From assembly GCA_041661505.1 (NCBI GenBank), contig JBAZUF010000001.1, positions 305,576-369,575 on the forward strand: a stretch of 64,000 nt of DNA, given 5' to 3'. This document shows, one piece after another, positions 27,774 to 36,363 of the stretch (position 1 is the first letter of the stretch; the number at the start of each line of letters is the position of its first letter). The translations under genes and the position numbers were made by a program. A model generated the notes under the pieces. It saw nothing but the letters and a program-made list of their open reading frames with translations, was not told where the DNA came from and ran no database searches. This DNA comes from Patescibacteria group bacterium (GTDB lineage Bacteria; Patescibacteriota; Patescibacteriia; Patescibacteriales; JBAZCA01).

Positions 27774-28000
27774 AGTACATAATGTTTCGCACTTTATCGA
27801 TGATTGCCAGCCCGAGGAAAAAACAAAGTGAAGCGGCAATAGTTACCAGCTCCCGGCAACTAGCTTGCTATCGGCGATATTAAGAATGCTCCAAACACCA
27901 CATTGGTATTGTAATTGCTTTTTGCGCCTTAGTCCATGACTTGCTTGTAAGACCGCCGTCTATTAAGGTAGAACAAAAAAATGAAGTTTCTCATTATTTG

Positions 28001-28087
28001 CGGAGGGAGTGAGATTCGAACTCACGGAACCCGTAAAGGCTCAACAGTTTTCAAGACTGTCCCATTCAACCGCTCTGGCATCCCTCC
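28001..28087 (-). tRNA. tRNA-Ser (anticodon TGA), type II with long variable arm
   Basis: Hand-folded cloverleaf: acceptor GGAGGGA/TCCCTCC, anticodon stem ACAGT/ACTGT with loop CTTGAAA, T-arm GTGAG-TTCGAAT-CTCAC. CCA is not encoded. Confidence 0.9.
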
Positions 28088-28163
28088 GAATCAGATGGCA
28101 GCTTAACAACGCTGCCACCGCTTCAGTTTCTCCGAACAGTTTTAATACCTGTTCAGAAAAATG

Positions 28164-28250
28164 CGGAGAGGGAGGGATTCGAACCCTCGAGGCCCGTTAA
28201 GACCTAACACCTTAGCAGGGTGCTGTTTTCAGCCGCTCAACCACCTCTCC
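28164..28250 (-). tRNA. tRNA-Ser (anticodon GCT), type II with long variable arm
   Basis: Acceptor GGAGAGG/CCTCTCC, anticodon loop CTGCTAA, T-arm GAGGG-TTCGAAT-CCCTC. CCA is not encoded. Confidence 0.9.
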
Positions 28251-28379
28251 AAATGAAAAGAAAACCAAAAACCCATCAATTCCTTCGGTTTTTGGCATCA
28301 ATTTCCTTTTCTCTTTACGTATTATCGTATTTTTTGCTATAATTACTATATAAAATTAGGCCTAAATTGTCAATTATAT

Positions 28380-28880
28380 ATGGCGGACGAAAATAGACCA
28401 AACGATGCCGGCGACTCCCTTTCTTCCTGGACAGTGCCGGAATATGATAAGCACGTGCGCGAACGCGCATGGTATATAATCGCCGGAATAATCGGGGCAT
28501 TATTTTTGGTTTATTCTTTCTGGACCATGAATTTTCTTTTTGCCTTAATCGTTATAACGGCGTCAATTATTATTATCTTAAATGACGGCCGCGATCCGGA
28601 TCTGGTGCGGGTGAATGTTACTGATGAAGGCGTAATCGTCGGAAGAAAATTCTACGATTACGACGACATTAAAAATTTTTCTATTGTCTATAAGCCAAAG
28701 TTCGAAGTGAAAAACCTGTACTTCGAATTCAAAAGCCCGATAAAGCACCGGCTCTCAATTCCCTTAATGGATATGAACCCCTTGCCAATCAGGGATATTC
28801 TGCTAAAATACCTGCCGGAGGACCTGGACCGTTTGCATCCGCCCGCCTCCGAGGGCCTGGCTCGATTTTTCAAGCTTTAA
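28380..28880 (+). CDS. Hypothetical membrane protein (two TM spans plus a small soluble domain)
   Basis: Hydrophobic hairpin AWYIIAGIIGALFLVYSFWTMNFLFALIVITASIIIIL, followed by a roughly 90-aa domain. No catalytic motif seen. Confidence 0.5.
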   Translation: MADENRPNDAGDSLSSWTVPEYDKHVRERAWYIIAGIIGALFLVYSFWTMNFLFALIVITASIIIILNDGRDPDLVRVNVTDEGVIVGRKFYDYDDIKNFSIVYKPKFEVKNLYFEFKSPIKHRLSIPLMDMNPLPIRDILLKYLPEDLDRLHPPASEGLARFFKL

Positions 28881-28959
28881 CTTCGATATTCTTCGGCATA
28901 AAAGAATCCGCCTTGCATTTTGCGGGCGGTCTTTAATTAAGCTCTCGTCGTTCAATTGA

Positions 28960-28980
28960 CCTGCCTTCCCGGCAGGCAGG
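28960..28980 (+). repeat. 21-nt GC-rich hairpin element, copy 1 (cctgccttcccggcaggcagg), interrupting a tRNA-Arg 5'-half-like fragment
   Basis: CCTGCC/GGCAGG stem. Flanked by gctctcgtcgttcaattga and caggac, which match positions 1-19 (17/19) and 20-25 (5/6) of the adjacent tRNA-Arg. Confidence 0.6.
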
Positions 28981-29002
28981 CAGGACACAAACAATTTAAA
29001 AT

Positions 29003-29074
29003 GCACTCGTCGTTCAATGGATAGGACATCAGCTTGCGGAGCTGGTAATCCAGGTTCGACTCCTGGCGAGTGCA
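29003..29074 (+). tRNA. tRNA-Arg (anticodon reads GCG in my fold)
   Basis: Acceptor GCACTCG/CGAGTGC with discriminator A, D-stem GTTC/GGAC, anticodon stem TCAGC/GCTGG with loop TTGCGGA, T-arm CCAGG-TTCGACT-CCTGG. CCA is not encoded. Confidence 0.85.
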
Positions 29075-29170
29075 CAATAATAATAAACGGTCTCTTTGGG
29101 GCTGTTTATTATTTTACATTTGCCAGATTAGGAGAACCTGCGGTGCACGGGGCTTCCGCCCCTTCGACTC

Positions 29171-29191
29171 CCTGCCTCGCCGGCAGGCAGG
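29171..29191 (+). repeat. 21-nt GC-rich hairpin element, copy 2 (cctgcctcgccggcaggcagg), interrupting a tRNA-Arg 3'-end-like fragment
   Basis: Removing these 21 nt leaves ttcgactcctggcgagtgcacca. That is identical to tRNA-Arg positions 53-72, with CCA where the intact gene is followed by caa. Confidence 0.6.
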
Positions 29192-29208
29192 CTGGCGAGT
29201 GCACCAGC

Positions 29209-30024
29209 TTACCCTTTAGCCACTACCAATCCCCAGACCGTTCTTGCTCCGTTGGCTTTTAATGTCTTCGCGCACTCATTTAGCGTCGCGCCGGTCGTAG
29301 CTACGTCGTCAACCAATAGCACGTCTTTTTCGCCCAGCCTGCCGCCGGACCAGCCGTAGCATCCGATAATATTCTTTTTTCTTTCTTCTTCCCCTAGTTT
29401 TGCCTGGGGGGTTTTTTGTTTTACCCTGATTAACGCGCCAGTAGAGTATGGAATGGACAAATTATGGGCCGCGGTTCTGGCGATAATATCCGCCTGGTTA
29501 AAGCCCCGGGAACGCTCGCGGCGCGGGTGCAGGGGCACCGGGATAATTAATGCCTCTTCCAGGTTAAAAAAAAGGCCGGGAGCATCTTGGGCGCCTTCCA
29601 CTTTTTCCCAAATTCTTCCGGCCTTTAAATCAGCTAAAGAAACTTTTAATTTTTTTGTTTCATTAACTAAAAAAGCGGCCAAATAGTTCCCTATGATTTC
29701 GGCCGCTTGCTTCACTAAATGGTATTTGATGTTTTTAATGGATTTTGCCAAAAGTTCGTTTTCATAATCTCCGGCGATGAGAACGCCGTCCAGATGATAG
29801 CGCCTCCGGCAATCGGCGCAAAATTCCCCCAGCCGGCTTTCGGCCTTGCACCCAAGGCAATATTGCGAATCTTTAAAGGGAAGATTGAGAAAACATTCGG
29901 AGCAGATCCACTCTCCTTCGCGGCCGCAACCGAAACATTCGACGGGGAAAATTATATCCAGTGCCAGGCCGGATAGCCGGTTTATGCGCTTTCGGAATTC
30001 TTCGATTCTAGCAAAAGGCGCCAT
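29209..30024 (-). CDS. comF: ComF-family competence protein (phosphoribosyltransferase fold with N-terminal zinc finger)
   Basis: N-terminal CFGC...CSEC and CLGC...CADC pairs. The C-terminal PRPP-binding loop VLLVDDVATTGATL is typical of ComFC. Confidence 0.8.
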   Translation of the reverse strand: MAPFARIEEFRKRINRLSGLALDIIFPVECFGCGREGEWICSECFLNLPFKDSQYCLGCKAESRLGEFCADCRRRYHLDGVLIAGDYENELLAKSIKNIKYHLVKQAAEIIGNYLAAFLVNETKKLKVSLADLKAGRIWEKVEGAQDAPGLFFNLEEALIIPVPLHPRRERSRGFNQADIIARTAAHNLSIPYSTGALIRVKQKTPQAKLGEEERKKNIIGCYGWSGGRLGEKDVLLVDDVATTGATLNECAKTLKANGARTVWGLVVAKG

Positions 30025-30025
30025 T

Positions 30026-30637
30026 TTATTTGCTTTGCCAGATCGCGGAATCGATTTTCCAGGCGCTTCCTTCTTTTTTAAAGCTGATTTCGATGTTCTG
30101 GTAGAAGGAGGAGGCGTTCGTCATCATCCCGGTTGCCTCCCGGCGCTGGGTTCCCACAAGAATTACCGCCAGCCCCGCCTCTTTATCGAAACTTTTTACT
30201 TCTTCGGTAACGGCTTTGGTCGAAATGCCGTAATAGATATTTAAATTTCCGCCTTTTTTTGCCGCTTCATTCATATATTGCCCAGCCCATTCTTCCATCC
30301 GGCTGGTCATAAAAACCATTAAATCTCCGATGTTAGAATAGTCGGACTGGTTCGAATAGCTGCCAAACCGTTCGGCAAATGATCCGGCCATTCTTTTTAA
30401 GTCTTCCTGGTTCATCTCTTCTTTTCTCACCCTTGGCGCAGTTTGATTCGTCTTTCCGGTATTTACGGCAGTATTGGTATTGACGATTGCCGGCTCCTGG
30501 GACTGGTCAGTTATGGTGCTGTCGGATTCTTCCGGAGCGGGCGCTTTAAAATTGTAAAAGAAAAATACATAAACAATCCCCGCGAGCAGAAGCAGGCTGA
30601 TAAATATTATTCCGAAGCCGAAAAACCTTTTATCCAT
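30026..30637 (-). CDS. Bitopic membrane protein; VirB8-like size and topology (speculative)
   Basis: N-terminal TM span (FGFGIIFISLLLLAGIVYVFFFY), a disordered linker, then a roughly 120-aa alpha+beta domain ending ...ISFKKEGSAWKIDSAIW (NTF2-like flavour). One-nt gap to comF and 22 nt to the VirB4-like gene. Confidence 0.3.
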   Translation of the reverse strand: MDKRFFGFGIIFISLLLLAGIVYVFFFYNFKAPAPEESDSTITDQSQEPAIVNTNTAVNTGKTNQTAPRVRKEEMNQEDLKRMAGSFAERFGSYSNQSDYSNIGDLMVFMTSRMEEWAGQYMNEAAKKGGNLNIYYGISTKAVTEEVKSFDKEAGLAVILVGTQRREATGMMTNASSFYQNIEISFKKEGSAWKIDSAIWQSK

Positions 30638-30659
30638 ATTAAACTCTAATTAATATCCG

Positions 30660-32570
30660 TTAAGCATTCTGTCCCTCGCCTTTTTCCGCGTCCCCAGACT
30701 CAAGGCTTTGGGCAAACTCCTTTTTAGCCTCTTCAATTTCCAGAAGCTGGCGCGGATCGGAGGTTATAAGCTGGTCTTCCGTATAGGAGGCTACAATTTT
30801 TATGGCCGCGTGCTTTGAACCGGCAAAAAATATCCCTTCCCCGACGCCCGACTCCAAAAGAAGATATTTTTCCCCTTCAGTCAAAGAAAAAGTCTTTTGG
30901 ATCAAATCAATTGCCGCCGGAGATTGTTTTAATAAAAGCTGGATTGATGAGTTGGTAACAATCGCCTGGCCGTAAGGCGAGGTCAAAAAGTCATTAACAT
31001 CCTGGGTGATTGTGGTTACGCCTAAATAATATTTTCGGCACCGTTTGACCAGCGCGAAAATAAATTTGGCGCTGTCCTCGTGCTGCATGAGCCACCAGCC
31101 CTCGTCAATTACCAAAATCCGCTTCTTCAGCTGGCTTCGGACCACATTCCAAATATAGTTGATAATCGTATAAATGGCAATCGGCCTTAGTTCGTCTTCT
31201 AAATCGCGGACTGAAAAAGAGATCAGCTGGTTGTCCACTTCAACATTGGTGGGTGAATTAAGAAGCCCGGAAAAAGTCCCTTCCGTATATTTTTTCAGCC
31301 TCAAAGCGATGCCCGAGCCCCCTTCCATGCCTTCGATAATTTCCTGGAAGTCGGTTAGTATCGGCGGTTCGGCCTTGGCGATATCCGCGTCCGGGGTGAT
31401 ATCTTTTTTAGCGTATGTTTCCAAAAGCGCCCGGTCAATAATTGAATCCTCTTCGTGGGTAATACCCCCAAGCATAATGCGCAAAAGCCCTTTAACGGTA
31501 ATGACGGCGCTTCTTATAATGTCCTGGGGCTTTGAGTCCTCGCCGATTGCCCGGGGCAAATCAAAAGGATTGATTTTCGCTTCAGAGGCTAAAGAAATAT
31601 TAACATAAGTTCCACCGACCGCGTCCGATAAATGCTTATACTCATGCTCCGGATCGATAATTATCACGTCCGTACCGAGCATCAGGCTGCGGAGCACTTC
31701 CAATTTGATGGCATAGCTTTTTCCCGCGCCGGAAGTGGCAAAGACCACCATATTGGCGTTTTGCAGGCTGAAGCGGTCAAAAAGCACCAAGCTGTTATTG
31801 TGCCGGTTTATGCCGTATAAAATCCCCTCATCCGATGTAAGTTCTGAAGAAATAAAAGGAAAAGACGAGGCAATCGGAGAAGAATTCATATTGAAGGTGA
31901 TAGCCAGCTCATCATTTCCCAAGGGCAGGGTCGAATTAAATCCTTGTTCGGCCTGGTAAAAAACTTTCCGGGAATAAACCAGCCGCGACCCGAGGATATT
32001 TTCAACTTCGTCTGACAGCTTATCAATATCTTCTTTTGTATCCCCGTAAATTGTAACGTAAAGCGCGAATTGGAAAAATTTTTCAATCCCTTGCGTCAAT
32101 GCGTCGCGCAGGCCTTCAACGTCGCGCAAAGCGGTTTCCCGCAATGGGTCGCGAGCCGCCCCCTTTTCCGAATCAGACATAATTTGCGCCGCCAAAATCC
32201 CGGCTTTCTTTTTTAACTGTTCCAATACAATAGCCGTATTGACCGGATAAAAAAACATCCCTACGTCAAAAGTCGAATTCAGGTTGATTATCGGAGCAAA
32301 CCAGCCGACCGAGATATAGCGCGGGTAGCCGATGACGAAGTGGGTGCGGATAAATTTTTCTCCCAGCTTAAGATAATTGGGTTTAACCTCGATCGAAGCC
32401 GGGGAAATCAAATCCTTTATGCTCAAAGTCCCCCGCCGGAAGGCTTTTTCTTCAATTATAATCTCTTCAGCCAGCTGGGTCTCGGCTTCTACTGCCTGCG
32501 CCTCATTGGCTTTTTTCAGCCTTTTTTCTTCGGCCAAATTTTCTTTTTCTATTTTTCTCGGATTAAACAT
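30660..32570 (-). CDS. VirB4/TrbE/TraC-family type IV secretion ATPase
   Basis: Walker A VFATSGAGKSY and Walker B ILVIDEGWWLM (DEAW-type). The N-terminal DLISPASIEV...YPRYISVGWF region is typical of VirB4 N-domains. 636 aa. Confidence 0.8.
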   Translation of the reverse strand: MFNPRKIEKENLAEEKRLKKANEAQAVEAETQLAEEIIIEEKAFRRGTLSIKDLISPASIEVKPNYLKLGEKFIRTHFVIGYPRYISVGWFAPIINLNSTFDVGMFFYPVNTAIVLEQLKKKAGILAAQIMSDSEKGAARDPLRETALRDVEGLRDALTQGIEKFFQFALYVTIYGDTKEDIDKLSDEVENILGSRLVYSRKVFYQAEQGFNSTLPLGNDELAITFNMNSSPIASSFPFISSELTSDEGILYGINRHNNSLVLFDRFSLQNANMVVFATSGAGKSYAIKLEVLRSLMLGTDVIIIDPEHEYKHLSDAVGGTYVNISLASEAKINPFDLPRAIGEDSKPQDIIRSAVITVKGLLRIMLGGITHEEDSIIDRALLETYAKKDITPDADIAKAEPPILTDFQEIIEGMEGGSGIALRLKKYTEGTFSGLLNSPTNVEVDNQLISFSVRDLEDELRPIAIYTIINYIWNVVRSQLKKRILVIDEGWWLMQHEDSAKFIFALVKRCRKYYLGVTTITQDVNDFLTSPYGQAIVTNSSIQLLLKQSPAAIDLIQKTFSLTEGEKYLLLESGVGEGIFFAGSKHAAIKIVASYTEDQLITSDPRQLLEIEEAKKEFAQSLESGDAEKGEGQNA

Positions 32571-32581
32571 TTTTTTGTTTC

Positions 32582-33262
32582 TTAGTCGGCTATTCTTAAT
32601 TTATCAGTATCGACCAGTTTTTCGTTAGAAGAAGTTTCCGGGTTGTAGGTATTATACAAAAGCTCAATCAAGCCCTGGGTATCCAGCTGGACCGCGTTTA
32701 ACCCCATGGACATCAAGCCGCCTATTATATTCTCCGCCCGGTAATCCAGCTGGACTTTTCTCCTGAAAAACATTTCATCCTTCATTCGGACAAGCGTCGC
32801 CGCCCGAAAAACGTCCATCAGCCTCGGAAAAAAGGCTTTTTGCTTGTCGCTTAACGGATTATAGGGAACAATGATATAAAAATGCTTGGACATTATTTTT
32901 CCTATTGAAATCAGTTCTTTAACGTACTGGATATACTCGGCCGTTTGTATCTTTAACAGTTCGTTAGTCTGCTCTTTTTGCCTTTGGCCCAGGTCTTTCA
33001 TATAATTTTCGATGTTCAATTCGCGCGATTGGATGACGATCTGCAGGGGAAATTCGATATTATTTAGAAAACTCACGTAAGCCGCGACAATGGCGTTTTG
33101 CTCATCGTCCGATTTTAGGGCAAAGTTCAGGCTGGAAACCATAATCACCGCCCGCATAGTCCCGTCTTTCATAACTAAAGTATTGTCCCGGATCTCGGAA
33201 ATATCGAGATAGGACTGGGTGGAAGTAGTAATGTTATTTCTAGCTAATTTATTTTTTGCCAT
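32582..33262 (-). CDS. T4SS-operon protein of unknown function
   Basis: 226 aa, soluble. STQSYLDISEIRDNTLVMKDGTMRAVIMVSSLNFALKSDDEQ resembles N-terminal segments I associate with Gram-positive conjugation ATPases, but that is from memory only. Lies between the PrgI-like and VirB4-like genes. Confidence 0.35.
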   Translation of the reverse strand: MAKNKLARNNITTSTQSYLDISEIRDNTLVMKDGTMRAVIMVSSLNFALKSDDEQNAIVAAYVSFLNNIEFPLQIVIQSRELNIENYMKDLGQRQKEQTNELLKIQTAEYIQYVKELISIGKIMSKHFYIIVPYNPLSDKQKAFFPRLMDVFRAATLVRMKDEMFFRRKVQLDYRAENIIGGLMSMGLNAVQLDTQGLIELLYNTYNPETSSNEKLVDTDKLRIAD

Positions 33263-33284
33263 GGTTTTTTTGCTAGCCGCCGGG

Positions 33285-33740
33285 CTATTTTATTGAACTG
33301 ATTTCCTCGCCGGCCTCCTCATCCCGATAAGCTCCGTGCGTATCAACGATTAAAGAAAGCTGGGCCAGCCGGGATTTCGGGAAAGTCCGGTGCGGCTCGG
33401 ATTGAATTTTATCCTGGGGCTTAGTTTCTATGCCGGTATTAACCCAAAGCGGATCGCTATTCCAGTTAGACCAGACTCGCAAGGGCGGCCTTTTTAAGGT
33501 TTCTATGAAATTTAAAATAAAATAGTGGAATGGCCGGCCGTTAATTTTCAAAAATGCAAAAACCCCGCCCAGGCATAAAAGGAGCAGACCGATAACCACA
33601 AACATCTCAAAATCAAAAATTTTGTAGCACAGGGCGATTAAAATAAAATCTGAAAGCATTATTATAAATTGCCGGGTCGTTATCGGTCCGATAATTTTGT
33701 CTTCAACGTCAATAAATTGGGGAACGGTAAATTGCTGCAT
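33285..33740 (-). CDS. PrgI-family (VirB3-like) small membrane protein
   Basis: N-terminus QFTVPQFIDVEDKIIGPITTRQFIIML followed by two TM spans, which is the PrgI-family hallmark. Positioned directly upstream of the VirB4-like gene. Confidence 0.6.
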   Translation of the reverse strand: MQQFTVPQFIDVEDKIIGPITTRQFIIMLSDFILIALCYKIFDFEMFVVIGLLLLCLGGVFAFLKINGRPFHYFILNFIETLKRPPLRVWSNWNSDPLWVNTGIETKPQDKIQSEPHRTFPKSRLAQLSLIVDTHGAYRDEEAGEEISSIK

Positions 33741-33743
33741 AAA

Positions 33744-35384
33744 CTAAAACCTTAATTCGCGGTTAAAATCCATAATCGCGTGTAATTCATCTTCGGTCAA
33801 ATAATCCCTTCCGTCTTTTTTCCTTACTTCAACCATTTCCGCCATTGTTTTCTTCTTAGCAATGCCCTCCTGGCCCATCTCCAGATATAGTCCCATCAAG
33901 GGGCTTTCGCGCCAGGCTCTAATCCCCTGGAGCCTTTTGGCGTATTCTTCTTCTTCCAGAAGTTCGATTTTTTCCTTAATTTTGCCCGTCGCCTCGGCCG
34001 GATCAGCCTTGTAAAGATGCCGGAAATTAATTAAGTCCAAATATTTCAGCTCTTCAATCGGCGTCAAAATTTTCGGAGTGTATCTTACGTCTTCAATTTT
34101 TCTCTTTCCGTTGGTCTCGCTCCTGGCAAAGGGGGCGGCCTCGCCAAGACTAGTGTCCGGAGCCAGTTTTCTTGGGCCGCTTGCTATGATTTGGGCCGGC
34201 CTGACCGCGTCGATAACGGTTTTTTTCAGAGGCAGGCCTTCTTTTTTAGCCGACTGTATTGCCTTGGATAAATCTTCTCTAATCCTTTGGGCTTTTTCTT
34301 TGGAAACAGTTTCCGCGGACGGCCCGTCTTTCTCGACCAGTTTTGAAATTTCTTCTTTCCTCTTTTCGATTTCTTTTTTCAGATTGTAATCAACATCCCT
34401 TAACCCGGGAGATTGAAACGCGCCGGAAGCGGAAATTTTCCCGGACTGGCCATTATTGCCAGCCGGCTCTTGGGAATCCTTTGGTTTTTCCCCGCCGCTT
34501 TTTCCGTCCTCAATAAAAGAAAGGATGTTTCCCGCCAGCTGATCATCAATCCCCATGCCTCCTGACTTGTATTCTTTTTGCAGAGTCAGTTTCGTTTCCA
34601 GCCGGTTTCTTATCCCCTGGAGATAGGTCCTTAATATCTGCCTTAGCCTTGAGACAGAATCTTCGCTCGAAAAATTATTCCCAAATTCGCGGACAATCGA
34701 ATCAAGCGTCTTTTGTATGCTGGAGATAGTTGAATCATCTTTTAGATAGCCGCTCATCCTGCTGGTAAGTTTCCCAATCTCTTCCTCATCCTCGGTCGAA
34801 AAAAAGAACGGGGCGGCTTTTATCGCGCTTTGCGGCTTTAGGGCAATTCGAGCCGGCGCGATTTTAGCCGGGACAGATTCGATTTTGGCCGCCGCTTCCG
34901 CGGCGGGTTTAATCAAGGCCGGCGGATTTTTATGTTCGGAAAATTCTTTTTTAGTTTCGGCAACTGGCCTGATTGACGGTCCAGCCTTCAGTCCGGGCGA
35001 AACCGGTTTTGCGCCAGGCATTCCAGTTTTCACTCTAGCCGGAAAAACGGATTTTATTTCCACCGCCGGTTCTTTTTTTCCTCCCGGCCCAGGTACCGCG
35101 GCCGGGACGGCTTTAAGATAATCGGCTACTTGAAAAAAAACTTCCTTTTTTAAGGCTTCGGTCAATTTTTTGGCTTTTTCAAAATCCAAATTAAACTCAC
35201 CGGAAATGTAATTTTCCAGGCCGTTAACCGGAACCTCCTTTATGGCAGCGAGCATTACGAGTTTGGCCAGGCTGACCGAATATTCTTTTTCCAGCCGATC
35301 AATTATTGAAGTCGTATTAGGACCGGACAATTTTTCGTATACCTCTTTGGGAAGCCCTTTGAATTTTTGGATGTAGTCAAACAT
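33744..35384 (-). CDS. Hypothetical protein, Pro/Ala/Lys-rich middle region; first gene of the VirB4 operon
   Basis: 546-aa ORF with a 3-nt gap to the PrgI-like gene. Low-complexity PAxxKP segment. No recognised motif. Confidence 0.45.
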   Translation of the reverse strand: MFDYIQKFKGLPKEVYEKLSGPNTTSIIDRLEKEYSVSLAKLVMLAAIKEVPVNGLENYISGEFNLDFEKAKKLTEALKKEVFFQVADYLKAVPAAVPGPGGKKEPAVEIKSVFPARVKTGMPGAKPVSPGLKAGPSIRPVAETKKEFSEHKNPPALIKPAAEAAAKIESVPAKIAPARIALKPQSAIKAAPFFFSTEDEEEIGKLTSRMSGYLKDDSTISSIQKTLDSIVREFGNNFSSEDSVSRLRQILRTYLQGIRNRLETKLTLQKEYKSGGMGIDDQLAGNILSFIEDGKSGGEKPKDSQEPAGNNGQSGKISASGAFQSPGLRDVDYNLKKEIEKRKEEISKLVEKDGPSAETVSKEKAQRIREDLSKAIQSAKKEGLPLKKTVIDAVRPAQIIASGPRKLAPDTSLGEAAPFARSETNGKRKIEDVRYTPKILTPIEELKYLDLINFRHLYKADPAEATGKIKEKIELLEEEEYAKRLQGIRAWRESPLMGLYLEMGQEGIAKKKTMAEMVEVRKKDGRDYLTEDELHAIMDFNRELRF

Positions 35385-35430
35385 CCTCTTTATTATAACA
35401 TATTCCAGTCGGAAGATGAAAATGGACAGG

Positions 35431-36363
35431 CTATTTCTTCACAATCCTGAAGAAGCAAAAGAGCAGCGCCAGACTGGCGGCTATTTGAACCGGATTTAAA
35501 ACATTCCGGTTGAGAAAATAATCAAATATAACGGCTGATAGCGGCCAGGCTAATTCAAAGATGGTGGCGGCCGATGCGGTTATTTTTTTGAGCCCATAAT
35601 AGTAGATAAACATGGCCAAGGCGCCGCTTGAAAATACAATAAGGAAAAAAAGCTTCGTTTGGACGGGCGTAATCTGTCCCAGGGCCGCAAAACCGCCAAA
35701 AAATAAGACATATCCTCCGGCTAAAACCGTAGTCAGAGCGAAGCGCAGGGCCGCGGTCGACCCGAAATCCAGCTTATTGACGATTCCCTTGCCATACACG
35801 GTTGAAGATCCAAAGGCAAAAGCCGCGATTACGGCAAAAAGCGCCGCCTGGTGGGTGATCATAATTTCCCGGGGGTCCACCAGCTTGCCGAAAGTCAAAA
35901 AATAAGCGGCGACAATCGCCAGCCCGGCCCAAAGATAAAAATCTTTTTTCAATTTTTCGCCTAATACCAAGCGCGCCAGAATCAGGGCAAAAACCGGCTG
36001 AAGCTTTTGCAAGATCACTACTGTGGCAAAAGTAACTTCGCCGTTAACCGCCGCGAAAAACGCTTTGGTAATAAAAAGCGTTCCGATCAGCCCGCCGAAA
36101 ACCGAAACCCAGGCAATCGCGCCCCACTCCTTTCGCCCCAAAGCCTTAATTTTCGCCCAACCGAGAAATATAAACGGGCAAAGCACTATAAGCCCCAAAC
36201 CGTGCTCAATAAAAACCACCAGTCCGGCCGGAAGCGCGTAAAGTTTGGGCCGGATAAAAGTCCCGTCCAAGCTCCAAAGTAGTGCCGCGAGCATTATGGC
36301 CCCGGCTCCCAAAAATTTAGTTTTATCGTTTTTTATATTTTCCATCATATAACAGGCAGACAA
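35431..36363 (-). CDS. EamA/DMT-family transporter (10 TM spans)
   Basis: Two EamA-like halves of about five TM spans each. The start may be the internal MMENIK. Confidence 0.8.
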   Translation of the reverse strand: MSACYMMENIKNDKTKFLGAGAIMLAALLWSLDGTFIRPKLYALPAGLVVFIEHGLGLIVLCPFIFLGWAKIKALGRKEWGAIAWVSVFGGLIGTLFITKAFFAAVNGEVTFATVVILQKLQPVFALILARLVLGEKLKKDFYLWAGLAIVAAYFLTFGKLVDPREIMITHQAALFAVIAAFAFGSSTVYGKGIVNKLDFGSTAALRFALTTVLAGGYVLFFGGFAALGQITPVQTKLFFLIVFSSGALAMFIYYYGLKKITASAATIFELAWPLSAVIFDYFLNRNVLNPVQIAASLALLFCFFRIVKK

